A DNA stretch of 63,738 nt, counting the filler, from Hyphochytrium catenoides (taxonomy: Eukaryota; Protista; Hyphochytriomycota): assembly GCA_900088475.1 (NCBI GenBank). It is 10 parts of 10 records of this genome, joined end to end, with 100 filler letters (N's around TTAATTAATTAA, not from the genome) between each part and the next. Parts side by side here need not be neighbours in the genome. Positions count along the whole stretch, not along the records: positions 1 to 18,335 come from FLMG01003714.1; 9 more parts are not named here. The stretch is one strand, 5' to 3'. The notes under the pieces were generated by a model that was not told the origin of the DNA, did no database searches, and worked only from the letters and a program-made list of their open reading frames with translations. Numbering within the stretch: position 1 is the first letter of the stretch; every line of letters starts with the position of its first letter. The position numbers were made by a program, and so were the translations under genes. Below are positions 1 to 9,676 of the stretch, one piece after another.

Positions 1-793
1 CAGGAGGTGGCACTTGTGCTTCTTCAGCAGTGCCTTGGCGAGTTCACTCCAAGTTGCCTGCGTCCGGTTCCCTCTGTTCGCGCGTGACTGCAGCCACGCG
101 TGGAGCCAGGATTCCGCCTTGTCTTTGAGATAACTCGAGGCAAGGGTGCCTCTGGTCACCCCGTCCAAATCCCCCTGGAGGGAGAGGAACTTGTCCATCG
201 CCCTCCCCCACTGAATGGTGGCGAGAGCAGAAGCAGCCGCAGCACCGCGAAACTCCGTGGGCTTGTGAGTTAGCTTCGTCAAGTCCCAGTGGCGCGACGC
301 CGGCTTGATCCCTTGCGAAGCAATCCCCATCTCCACCCGCTTGTCGGTCTCCGAAGCGTCATCACTCTGTGGGTCTGCGTCTTCCAGGGCTGACAGACCC
401 ATGCCTGTTATTAAACGCTCCAACTTCACTGCACTCTGCGGGGCAGCAAGCCGCGGGCGCTCATCATAATCCGCAAACACGTGCTGCTTCTGAGCTGCAG
501 CAGGTGTGAAATATCCTTCCAACTTGCCTTGGATGGTTCCTTGTGTCACCACCTTGTCGCCTACCTTCTCGGTGGGAGTCGACAAGACCATGGGGGTCTT
601 TGCCGTGGCGCGGGGACGTTGAGAAACGAGCTGGCCTCGCTCTCGGTCTTCTTGTCCGCGACAAGGAGAGAGACTTGAGATCGTCAAGATGGGCAGCATT
701 CGCCTGACGTTGGTCCTGAAGACTGCTCAGGATCATAGCCAGAGTCTGACCCTGGCTTTCCCATTGAGCAACCTGATGCTCCAGCGCCGTCAC
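1..793 (-). pseudogene. gag: Ty3/Gypsy-type gag (capsid domain), apparently frameshifted, running off the window start
   Basis: The minus frame is open from 726 to 1 and reads ...KPTEFRG...IQWGRAMDKFL...TLASSYLKDKAESWLHAW...ATWSELAKALLKKH, the retrotransposon gag pattern (A-x-YL-x-x-x-A-x-x-W ... TW-x-EL). The coiled-coil-like ORF 464-793 lies just upstream in another frame, implying a frameshift near 640-700. Confidence 0.7.
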
Positions 794-1105
794 CCGGCCA
801 GCGCTGACAGCCGACTGCTGACGTGCAAGCCGGGGGCGGGAGCGGCGCGGATGAACGCTGCGATGGGCTCCAAGCAGTGCTGCTGTCTTCCAACACTTCC
901 GTTACCGCGCCTCCGTTCCTAAGTAATAACCAGGCAGACAGAGTACAGCTGTAACGAAACGAGAACCACGAACTAAGGCCTTGAGTTACTGGTACAGTAG
1001 CCCAACCACGCTTGTCACAAACAACGACGTCGACGTAGTACGCACAGAAGGGCACAGAAGAGAGAGATCAACAAACCACCAAAAGCACAAGACCACCGTT
1101 GTTAA

Positions 1106-1117
1106 GCTCAGCTACCA
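1106..1117 (-). promoter_or_regulatory. Primer-binding site of the LTR element (initiator tRNA-Met type)
   Basis: The minus strand reads ...GTTACA|TGGTAGCTGAGC: TGG directly after the LTR-terminal CA, similar to canonical iMet PBS sequences (TGGTATCAGAGC / TGGTAGCAGAG). Confidence 0.65.
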
Positions 1118-1582
1118 TGTAACGTTTGAGACTGCTGAGGCAGGTCGAGAGAAGAGAGAGAAGAGAGACAGGAGAGAGAAAGAGAGAGAGAAAGAGAGAG
1201 AAGAGGGTGGCCTGTCTGTCTCTTCCCTTGGCTGACCAGGCCTCAGTTCAGACAAGCACCACGCAGAGGAAGACTTCGCGGGAACACACGCAAGTGACAA
1301 AGTGTCTCCTACTTCAGAGAGAAGTCTATTAACTGAGATTAGAGGATAATAAGAGGGAGTCTCCCTCACGACGAGAGAGCCAGTCTACCTGAGAAATGCA
1401 AAGATAAAGGAATAACATCATGCAAGAGAAGTTGTGTCAACAGGCTATCCTAAGAACATCCAACGAGGAAGAGGACAGGAACGGAATAAGAAAGAGAGCA
1501 TCCGTCGTCAGGGCCATTCTTCGTTGCTGACTCTACTTAGGACTACCCGCCCTGAGAGTACTCTCGAAGAGGAGAGGTCACA
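1118..1582 (-). mobile_element. Putative 5' LTR of the Gypsy-type element
   Basis: Bounded by TGTAAC (1118) and GTCACA (ending 1582), an imperfect TG...CA inverted pair, and abuts the PBS. The inner end is firm; the outer end is inferred because no second LTR is visible. Confidence 0.5.
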
Positions 1583-2047
1583 ACATCTCGTACACTTGCG
1601 GATCGATCCGTGTCCAGTGCGCAATCAGGGGGTTTAGCCGCCGTCAGAGGAGATATATATATATCAATAAGTAAGGCTCAGGGGCATCCTGGCGCCAGAA
1701 GAAGGAGATGCGGCTCTGGAGAGCGATGTCTCATCAGCCTCGAACCAGCATTTTTACTTGCCGGATCATGGTCAATGGAGCTTGATCAATAGACATCCAT
1801 CCGTCTTCGCGTTACTTGCTGCATCATCTAAACATAAGATAGTCTGTTAAAGAGACAGACAACGTTAGGCTTGGCGAGGAGCGAGATCAGTGGATGTTCC
1901 TTACCTTCAGAGAAAGAGCTCAGTCTATACTTTGGTTCAAGCGATTGCCTAAATTATGGACGGCTTGCTTGCGTATGCTCCCATCGTTGATTTATCCAAT
2001 CCATCATCCTCTTGCCTATCTGTGACAGTGAGAGCAGGGACAATACT

Positions 2048-2996
2048 CTACATGAGCAACCCAGCTCTACTGACGACCGAGCTGAGGCCCGCACTGCGGG
2101 GCGAGACTCGGAGATGCAGCTGTGTGATGCGGTTCTGCACGGAGAAGATAATAAAAGTCTTGGTGTCATACGTAAAGAGGTCATCGCCTGCTGTGTCCAC
2201 ATTCCCCGTCTCGGACTCATCCACCCGAGCGGGTTCCAGCAGGCCAGTTAAGAGGATTCGGTCTCCTCGAGGGTCCAGCTTAGTCATCCTCACATAGGCG
2301 TCATTCCATCGCATGTGCCTTAGATTCTCCCTTACAAATAGAGTGTGGACAGAGACAGTCAGTAGTGGGTCCCCTATTGATCATCACCAAGGGAAGTCAA
2401 GCTCCAACACGAGAAACTCACAATTGTCTGGCTGCTCCCTTCGGTCCATAGAACTCCTCAATCTTCAAAAGGGCAGCAGCGTCTCTGGCAGGGAGCACAC
2501 CTCCATTCTGTGTGATCAGACAGGATCGATGGAACGCCCCGGTCCCTTCAACGCCCTTGCCACGTCGAACTGTCTGCATGAGGCCAATGAACACTGCCCG
2601 TCGGAAGTGGTAGATCGCCTCATGCTCTTCCTTGTCGAGGATGGATGCTGGGACGCTAGGGTAAGCCCGTGACTCAAGCAGCTGGTTAAGCTTAAGATGC
2701 TGACGTTCTGCTCTCTCCAGCTTGTCCGCCAGGACCTTCATTCGATCTTTACGACGGGCCCGCTTTTCCCTGGTGTTATTCTTAGCAGCAACGACTATAA
2801 TATCGTCGGAGGAACCCATCTCCACCTGACTTGTCCGTCGTTTGGTAGGACGTGGGGTGCCAACTCTGTCATCTTCTTCGGCTACTACGGTTGAAGGAAG
2901 TAACGCAAGTGCCTCGTCTCCCTCGTCGCGCGGCCGTTGGTCCTGTCTTTCCTCTTCCTCTAAGCAGATTTTCATCACACTGCCGTACTCTATCAT
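2048..2996 (-). CDS. Two-exon protein (about 285 aa) with a bZIP-like basic/zipper segment and a C-terminal alpha/beta domain
   Basis: ORFs 2418-2996 and 2048-2314 join in frame across a 91-nt intron 2421-2331 (GTGAG...TACTGAC...TAAG), giving ...AARQL|ENLRHMRWND. Basic-zipper-like stretch: KNNTREKRARRKDRMKVLADKLERAERQHLKLNQLLE. Confidence 0.55.
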
Positions 2997-3684
2997 GAGG
3001 AGAAAGCGCTTGTCTCTGCCTCTAGGTCACCAATCGCCCACCATCGTCTGCCAGCAGCAACTTCTGCTGGGGATGCAGGCACGCTCTGCCTCTTCACGTC
3101 CGCAGGACAACAAGCGCTACACTATACTCGTTACTTCCTTGGGAGTCGCCCGCCGTGTCTCATCACCACTGTGTTGTTGGAACTATAGAAAATTGGACCA
3201 CTAGCTAGTTAGCAGCGCAGGAGAAAGAGAGAAAGGAGTCCTTTCCCCCGCCGCCGCCAGCAGGCACCTCAGATGAGGAGTCAAACACAGATCGGGTGCA
3301 GAAGACGCGGTCTCTAGCAGGACCTGTGACCGTGCCTCGGTCGTGTGCGATGATGGTCTCCGTTCGCTCTCCGCCGTCCGTCACAGCCTCGGCCAGCGGC
3401 TGCTGCCAACCAACTGTCACGCTCTTCTCCTTTCCACTTCCGCCGGACCACGAAGAACAGACAGACAGCCAGAGTTTCTCCCATTCCCAGAAGACTGTCG
3501 CGACGGCTGGTGAAAGAAAAGGTTGTCCCGTCTTCTTCCTGTCGCGAGAACAGACGGAAGAAGTGCTCACTTTCTCCTCTTCTTGTATTGTAGGTCTCTT
3601 CCCTTCCTTGGCCGCCGGCAAGGCTAGTGGGAGACCTGCTGGCAGAACGTGTGGAACAAGAGAGAAGCGCGACTTTTATAATGC

Positions 3685-3696
3685 TCTCTCTCTCTT

Positions 3697-3743
<47 letters not shown>

Positions 3744-3747
3744 TTCC

Positions 3748-3779
<32 letters not shown>

Positions 3780-3805
3780 TTTTTTCTCTCTCTCTCTCTC
3801 TCTCT
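3685..3805. repeat. (CT)n/(GA)n microsatellite, representative of dozens in the window
   Basis: Directly visible. Similar tracts dominate 18436-20090, 24560-25150, 31680-33610, 35290-45200 and 49390-50068. Confidence 0.95.
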
Positions 3806-4582
3806 TCCCTTGTTTGTTCGGTAGAAGTGTGTGTTTCAGAAAACGGTTTGTGCTCATTTCTGTCTGGGGGGACAGTTCCCAAAGCGGGAGCCTATACGTT
3901 AGCAGCTACTGATGGCTAACGGTTACACTCTCCCCTCTCCTCCTGTATCAAGACAGGGCCGACGGGGCGACGGGAGCAGTGCACTACTCAAGCGACCGCT
4001 GACCACAGAGCTGATGATGGCCATCGGGCGACGCGGCCAACCAAGACGCCAAGTGCAGCGAGCGAGGAGATGAGGCGATTCATCTGCAGAGAAAAGAAGG
4101 CGGTGAGATCCTCCTGCTGCTGATGCTATGTTTGTTGTGTGGGGAGGTCATCAAGGCTCGCTATTTCCGCACTCCTCCGTCCTGGTGGACGAAAGAAGAA
4201 CTCGCTTTCCCAAGCCAGTCAAGGGGCCTGCTCTGCTATCCAGGGCGGAGGATTATTATCCTGGTTTAGGCGTCATCCCAGGATATTGATTAGTAAGAGG
4301 CAGCTGACAGTGCGATATAGTCCAATACACTATGATAAAGGCCCTGTGCAACCATTTTCACCCTTCTTTGCCCGCCGACGATAGACGACTCGTCCTGAAG
4401 CTCGAGCTTTGTGAACAGCTTGGGGACTTCTTGGGCCTACCCCGCTACTACGTTAAACCTTTATTTTCGTACTTCAAGATCTGCAGATGACGAAAGCAGC
4501 AGAGTAGTTGACTCAGGGACACGGTTAAACATACGTAACGCTGCTTAGTGCTCATTATTAGTAAAATTAGTCATTTAAAAGA

Positions 4583-5074
4583 CTAGCAGCAGCCACAATC
4601 GTTGCACGCGGCCTCTTGACCCTGCTCCATGCAATCTTCATAACCGTCTCCAGTGCAACCCGCAGGGCTGCATCCTACGAAGGAACAGTGCCAAGTGTGT
4701 CCATAGATGCAACCAAACGAGCAAAGTCGCCTTCTAAAGACGTTTCCATGAGGGCTAGTCCCGTCTGAGCTTAGCGATTCTTGCCCTGTGCTGCAGATGC
4801 TATTGAGTCTCTCTCCAATGGTCTTGAGCACGCCATTGCCCTCGAGCTCCGTGGTCTTCTGTAGGTCTGGAGAAACGTAGGAGGCCACCCAATCATAGTC
4901 AGAAAGAAGACCATAGGCCGCGACTGCTGCCTCTAGCCTCACGTTAAGAGGCATGATGTCGCTGCAGAGAATAGCCTCTGCCCCTTCGGTAGAAGCCGAG
5001 CTAGTGACAGACAGCAGTGCTTGTCCACTCAGGAAAAGAAGACCGGAAAGTAGTGCTAGACGTCGGGCCATCAT
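4583..5074 (-). CDS. Secreted pre-pro-protein (163 aa) with a C-terminal 46-aa, 10-cysteine peptide
   Basis: Intronless ATG-to-TAG ORF with a signal-peptide-like start (MMARRLALLSGLLFLSGQALLSV), a pro-region, a polybasic site RRRL, then CSFGCIYGHTWHCSFVGCSPAGCTGDGYEDCMEQGQEAACNDCGCC. Confidence 0.75.
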   Translation of the reverse strand: MMARRLALLSGLLFLSGQALLSVTSSASTEGAEAILCSDIMPLNVRLEAAVAAYGLLSDYDWVASYVSPDLQKTTELEGNGVLKTIGERLNSICSTGQESLSSDGTSPHGNVFRRRLCSFGCIYGHTWHCSFVGCSPAGCTGDGYEDCMEQGQEAACNDCGCC

Positions 5075-7576
5075 AGCGTTCGATAGGGCTTTTTTTGGTA
5101 GAATTCCGGCCGATCACTGATTTGTGTGTAGCTATTGCAGGGGTTGGGGCGTAGCTTTCAGTCCCTTGGAAAGTCTGATACTGACTGAATCGATGGCATG
5201 GGATCTTCTCGAGCTATCGATGGCTTCAACCCACCTTATTGTGCTATGTGTCCTATTCTGGGGTCTCATATGGTTGACGGGGTTGCGCTCATCATCTATC
5301 TAGTATGAGACTCCCATAGTTGTCAGGTATAATCTGGCCCCTCACGCTGAGTCTTCGGTCACCAACTTGTATACGTTGTTGTCCGTTCAAGAATAGACTA
5401 GTTCCACGTCTCTTGTCCTTCAAGTGTCCTAAGCTCTCTCTGTCTCATCTGCTCCCTTATGCTGTTATTCTTCTCTTGAAGGACAAGAAGTTTCTATTAA
5501 ACAATAGGCGCTGCTGATGCTGCTGCTGAGCTGGATAATCACAAAGCGCAAGGAGAGCAGCAGAAGGGTGAGTCAGGCCCATCTTGCGGCTAGGTTGCGG
5601 TGGTCTGAATTGGACTGAGACCAGTCAGAAACTACTGTGTGTCTGACACAGCGTCACCAGTTCCACCTGCGGCCCCACGATAACTCTTTCTGTTCTTTTA
5701 TGCATTAGGAGGCTCAGAAGAAGAGGGCTTGAGCTCTTTATGAAAAACAGCAGTTGCGCCGCGCGCCATGCCTTGCTACTAGTTGAAGCTAATGATCATG
5801 CGAGTGTGGGGTTGCCTCCTTGAAGGCCTTCCTTTGTAAAGAGGCTTAACTATAAAGCGAAGAGACAGAAAAGCTATCGCGGGAAAGAAGCCGCGTCCGG
5901 CCACAATCACGACCCGTCCCATTTAACTAAACGGACTAACGAGAACCAAGAAACCAGAGGACGAGGAGGAGGAGGAGGATGGACATTGAAAGAAGAAGGA
6001 GGAGGAGAGCAGCAGGAAGCGTCGTGTTCACTCTTGCTTCTCCAAAGATCCCAACACCGCCTTCATATGCCATGATAGGAACACAGCGTCCCCGTTGTAG
6101 ATCGTTTCTTACTCCTCCATGTACTAACGGACATCTCCCGACCCAAAAGCAGAAAGAAAGGTGACTCTTATCCTCTGACCCGACCAACCCTCCTAATGGG
6201 TGTCCTCTCCGTCAACAGCGGCAGCAGTAGCCAGAGGCACGCACTGGCAGCCGCAGACAGCAGCTAACCCCCATCCCTCTGTTCCTCCAGCATAATGACC
6301 TTTGGCCCTGCTGGCTTTACTTCTTCCTCTATTTGGTCCTCATCCCGTGCGTTGTTGCGGCGCTGTCTCCTCCTGTCTGCCCTCCCAAGCGCAAACCGCC
6401 ACTTCTTCCATCAACCAAGCTTCTCCTCACTCTGTTACCCTAAAGTAACAAAAGGAGCCCGAATTGACCGGACGCGGTCACCTCACTATCTGTACAGGAC
6501 TATCAGCCTATCCTCGGGGCCACCAAAACTAGCGGAGAGAGGCCAAATTGCCGAGGTTTGTCGAAGCTGACGTCCCTTACGACTATATAGAGTAGAGGCC
6601 ATTGTCTCGTCGCTTAAGATAGTCGCATAGCTTCGATAGTGTTGGGTAAGGCTTCACTAGTTCCCAGGATCTGTAGTCTCTACAGATCGGCGTTCGGGTT
6701 AAAATTGACCCTTGGAATGTACTCGCTTTCCAGAACCTAGGGGTATGTGACCCGCATGGATCCTGATCTATTCGCAATACGGGACAGGGGGGTCATAATG
6801 CCCTGTCTCGAATGTCTGCTCCGTGTCCGTCACGCTGGTGCGGCCGTACACACACACATCTTAGTCCAACTGCTGAGAGGCAGAATGATGGCATCACGAC
6901 CTTGTTTGGACATCGGCCAATCGCAGTCTTTGTCTCTCTCTCTCGCTCTCTTCTCTCTCTCCCCTCTCTCTCTTCTCTCTCTCTCTCCCCATTCCGTCAC
7001 GACTCACTTCTGCTGAGGCGAAGGGGGAAGGAGGGCGCACCAGTCACACGGAGGAGGAAGAGGGCGTGGAGGAGGAGAAGGTCTGGCAGCAGGAAACGAA
7101 GTAATGTACGGCCTAAGTTGAAGAAGAAACAGCTGCACAGACCATGACCTAGAGAGCTAAAGCTGAGGATGTAAGAAGAAGAATCTTCGGGTGTCGGGTC
7201 ATCATGCCCTTCCCGATAGCACTGCAATGTAGAGCCATGGTTCGTGGATCTAAATAACAGTTCAAACAGCAGCACCAGCCAACGCGCTGTCACCTTCTCA
7301 CCATCGGGGCGACAAGAAAGCAGAAGGTTACAGGTAGCAGCCCCGTCCACACCAGAGAAAAAGGAGCGGAAACTCACGCATCACTACTCACTCCCTATAG
7401 CTAGTTGCCAAAAGGGAAGTACACCGGCAGGAGCAGCAACAGGCTTGCTTTTGAGGAGAGCCAGATTCACATTTTGAGGACCATCGCAGACAAGAAGAAC
7501 CAAGACGAACGCCATTCTCAGCCCTTCTCATCACCAGGAACGACAAGGGCTCGCCGCTCTTAAGAAACATATAAAA

Positions 7577-9151
7577 ATGGAAGAAGCTGCGGCAGCACGC
7601 ACTACTCAGGGCTCCTCTTCTGCGGCCATTATTCTTAGCCCGCCGACAGGCAACGCGTCTGAGTTTGCCCCTTTCGGTCAACGTAGTGACACCTCCGGCG
7701 GCACAAGCTGCAGCACGAATCAAGTTCTTTTGAGGAACATTGTGGACTTTGATGTCAACTCTGGGATCAAGGTCATCTCTCCTCAAGCGTTCGCCGTTCA
7801 GTTAAGGCAGAGCTCATACTTCCTGTCATCATCAGCTGATGACGAAGAGCAAAGTAAGAGGAAGAAGAAGCAATGGGCGGCGGAAGTCACGTTAATAGCC
7901 ATCCATCGCTTTCTCTCCAAGCACGGAAAGCTCTACAGCCCGAAGCACTTCGCTGCAGGCTCCTATGCACGCGCCACGTGTCAGTGTTGCTACCTCCTCA
8001 GCCAACTGCTTCCTTTCCTAGATGCGCCTGAGCACCTGGATACCTGGATGACGAAGAAAATGAAGCAGAAAGAACAGGGGAAGGAGGACGACGACCTCAC
8101 AGGGTTGGACGTGCTCCGCTACTTGGTCTCGGCGTGCATTGACATTCATAACCTTTCAATGTTCATTGACGCTCCTTCTGCAGCCGTAACCGAAGCAACG
8201 CAATGGTCCAGGTGCTCAGTCTGCTCCGCTGCGCTGGAAGAGATTAGAACGCTGCTTGGCATTGTCCTCGAAACTTCTTCTGCTGATGATGAAGATACTG
8301 CTCGAGCGGGAGACGGAACTAGGCGGCCGATCTCTACCATGAAGCTTTCGGCCGCCACGCTATTCAAGAATAAGCCAAAAGAAGAGCTGAAGCCGTCAGC
8401 AGCAGAGCTGTCGGGAGCTCTTCGTCGGCGCATCCTGCAGATTGAGATCTCTGACTTGAAGGTCGAGGCTGACCAGCAAGTGTCCTACGTTGTCAGGCAG
8501 ACGGAGCAGGCGCAGCAGGACAGAGGGAAGAATGATCCTGCCACGCAGAAGAGTTGGAGGGTAAAGACCACTATCGACACAATCTTCTCGATGACCAGTA
8601 AGGTAGCTCCCACCTTCTCTGACTATGAAGGCACCAAGAAGCACTACCAGTGCGCAGCGTGTGACCACACTCTTCAGCTTATCCATCGGTTTGAAAAATC
8701 GTCTCGCCTGCGCTGGCTGCTGAAGAGAACTTTAGACATCAGCGCAAATAAAATGGTGAAGCCGAAGGCGTTGCAGGAGCTCCTTGAAGGTCTTGCAAAC
8801 ACGCTCTCTCTCCTGATGGCCCACGGGACCAGGCCAAGTGCCTCCTGTCGAGGTTGTCACGTTATCTATCGGTACCTTGTTGCGCCCATCCTACTGGTCT
8901 CCTTTTGTGAGCATGGATATGAAATGAGGAGCCCGTCAGGGAGCGCAGTGGAAGGGGAGAAGCCTGCGTTACAGACCGATGACGATGCCGCAAGAAATGA
9001 AGCATGGCGCTGTCACTCGTGTGCTATAGCTGAGGGCGACCATCCTGCTGTGAGGCGGGTTGCGTGTGTCAAGGAAGATTTCAAAACGATTAGCCGTCGC
9101 TGGCGATCTTACATTGAGACATTGTTTCAGCCTGAATTTATTATGGGCTGA
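7577..9151 (+). CDS. Hypothetical 524-aa protein with five His...CxxC motifs
   Basis: Long uninterrupted non-repetitive ORF containing CQCC, CSVC, CAAC, CRGC and CHSC, each preceded by a His. No family recognised. Confidence 0.7.
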   Translation: MEEAAAARTTQGSSSAAIILSPPTGNASEFAPFGQRSDTSGGTSCSTNQVLLRNIVDFDVNSGIKVISPQAFAVQLRQSSYFLSSSADDEEQSKRKKKQWAAEVTLIAIHRFLSKHGKLYSPKHFAAGSYARATCQCCYLLSQLLPFLDAPEHLDTWMTKKMKQKEQGKEDDDLTGLDVLRYLVSACIDIHNLSMFIDAPSAAVTEATQWSRCSVCSAALEEIRTLLGIVLETSSADDEDTARAGDGTRRPISTMKLSAATLFKNKPKEELKPSAAELSGALRRRILQIEISDLKVEADQQVSYVVRQTEQAQQDRGKNDPATQKSWRVKTTIDTIFSMTSKVAPTFSDYEGTKKHYQCAACDHTLQLIHRFEKSSRLRWLLKRTLDISANKMVKPKALQELLEGLANTLSLLMAHGTRPSASCRGCHVIYRYLVAPILLVSFCEHGYEMRSPSGSAVEGEKPALQTDDDAARNEAWRCHSCAIAEGDHPAVRRVACVKEDFKTISRRWRSYIETLFQPEFIMG

Positions 9152-9676
9152 GACTCTTGGTGCCTTTTCTGCATACGCAGGCCCTGTTCCTCATCGCTGT
9201 TATTTAGAGCTGCTCGCTTCAGAGAGACAGTTCGCCGGGCCTGCTCTCCTCTGTTTCTCTCTTGTACCCGTAGTTTAAACCAGCGTCATCATTGTCCTCT
9301 TCTATCGGTCGCATATAAAAAAAAAGAAAATCGACAACGTATAGTACACGGCTGCTCTCACTGTTCACGATCATTCTAGGTAGAGACTCTCTAAAGTTTA
9401 GCTTAAATGCTAGCTTTCCTTGGTATGAAACCCGCAATGCCATGGTCTCTCCCTTGTTCTATATGTAGGTCCATGGCCAAATCATGTAGGCTCAGCCCCG
9501 CCTGTGGTCCCCCTCTCGAGAAGCTCTAATGGTCTGCACGGCAAGCTTTTTGATGATGTCACGATCCAAGAGTAGCTCCTCTTCGTCCTCTCCGCACTCC
9601 GCTCCGCAGGCTATGGGAGGCAATAAGATGTTTTTCAAAACGATGGGGAAACAGGAAAAGTGCGTGGGACAGAGAA

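Noticed and set aside
6666-6712. Adjacent hairpins GATCTGTAG-TCT-CTACAGATC and GGGTTAA-AA-TTGACCC
   Set aside because: Real palindromes but single-copy in the window, with no TIR, TSD or RNA-family motif to give them meaning.
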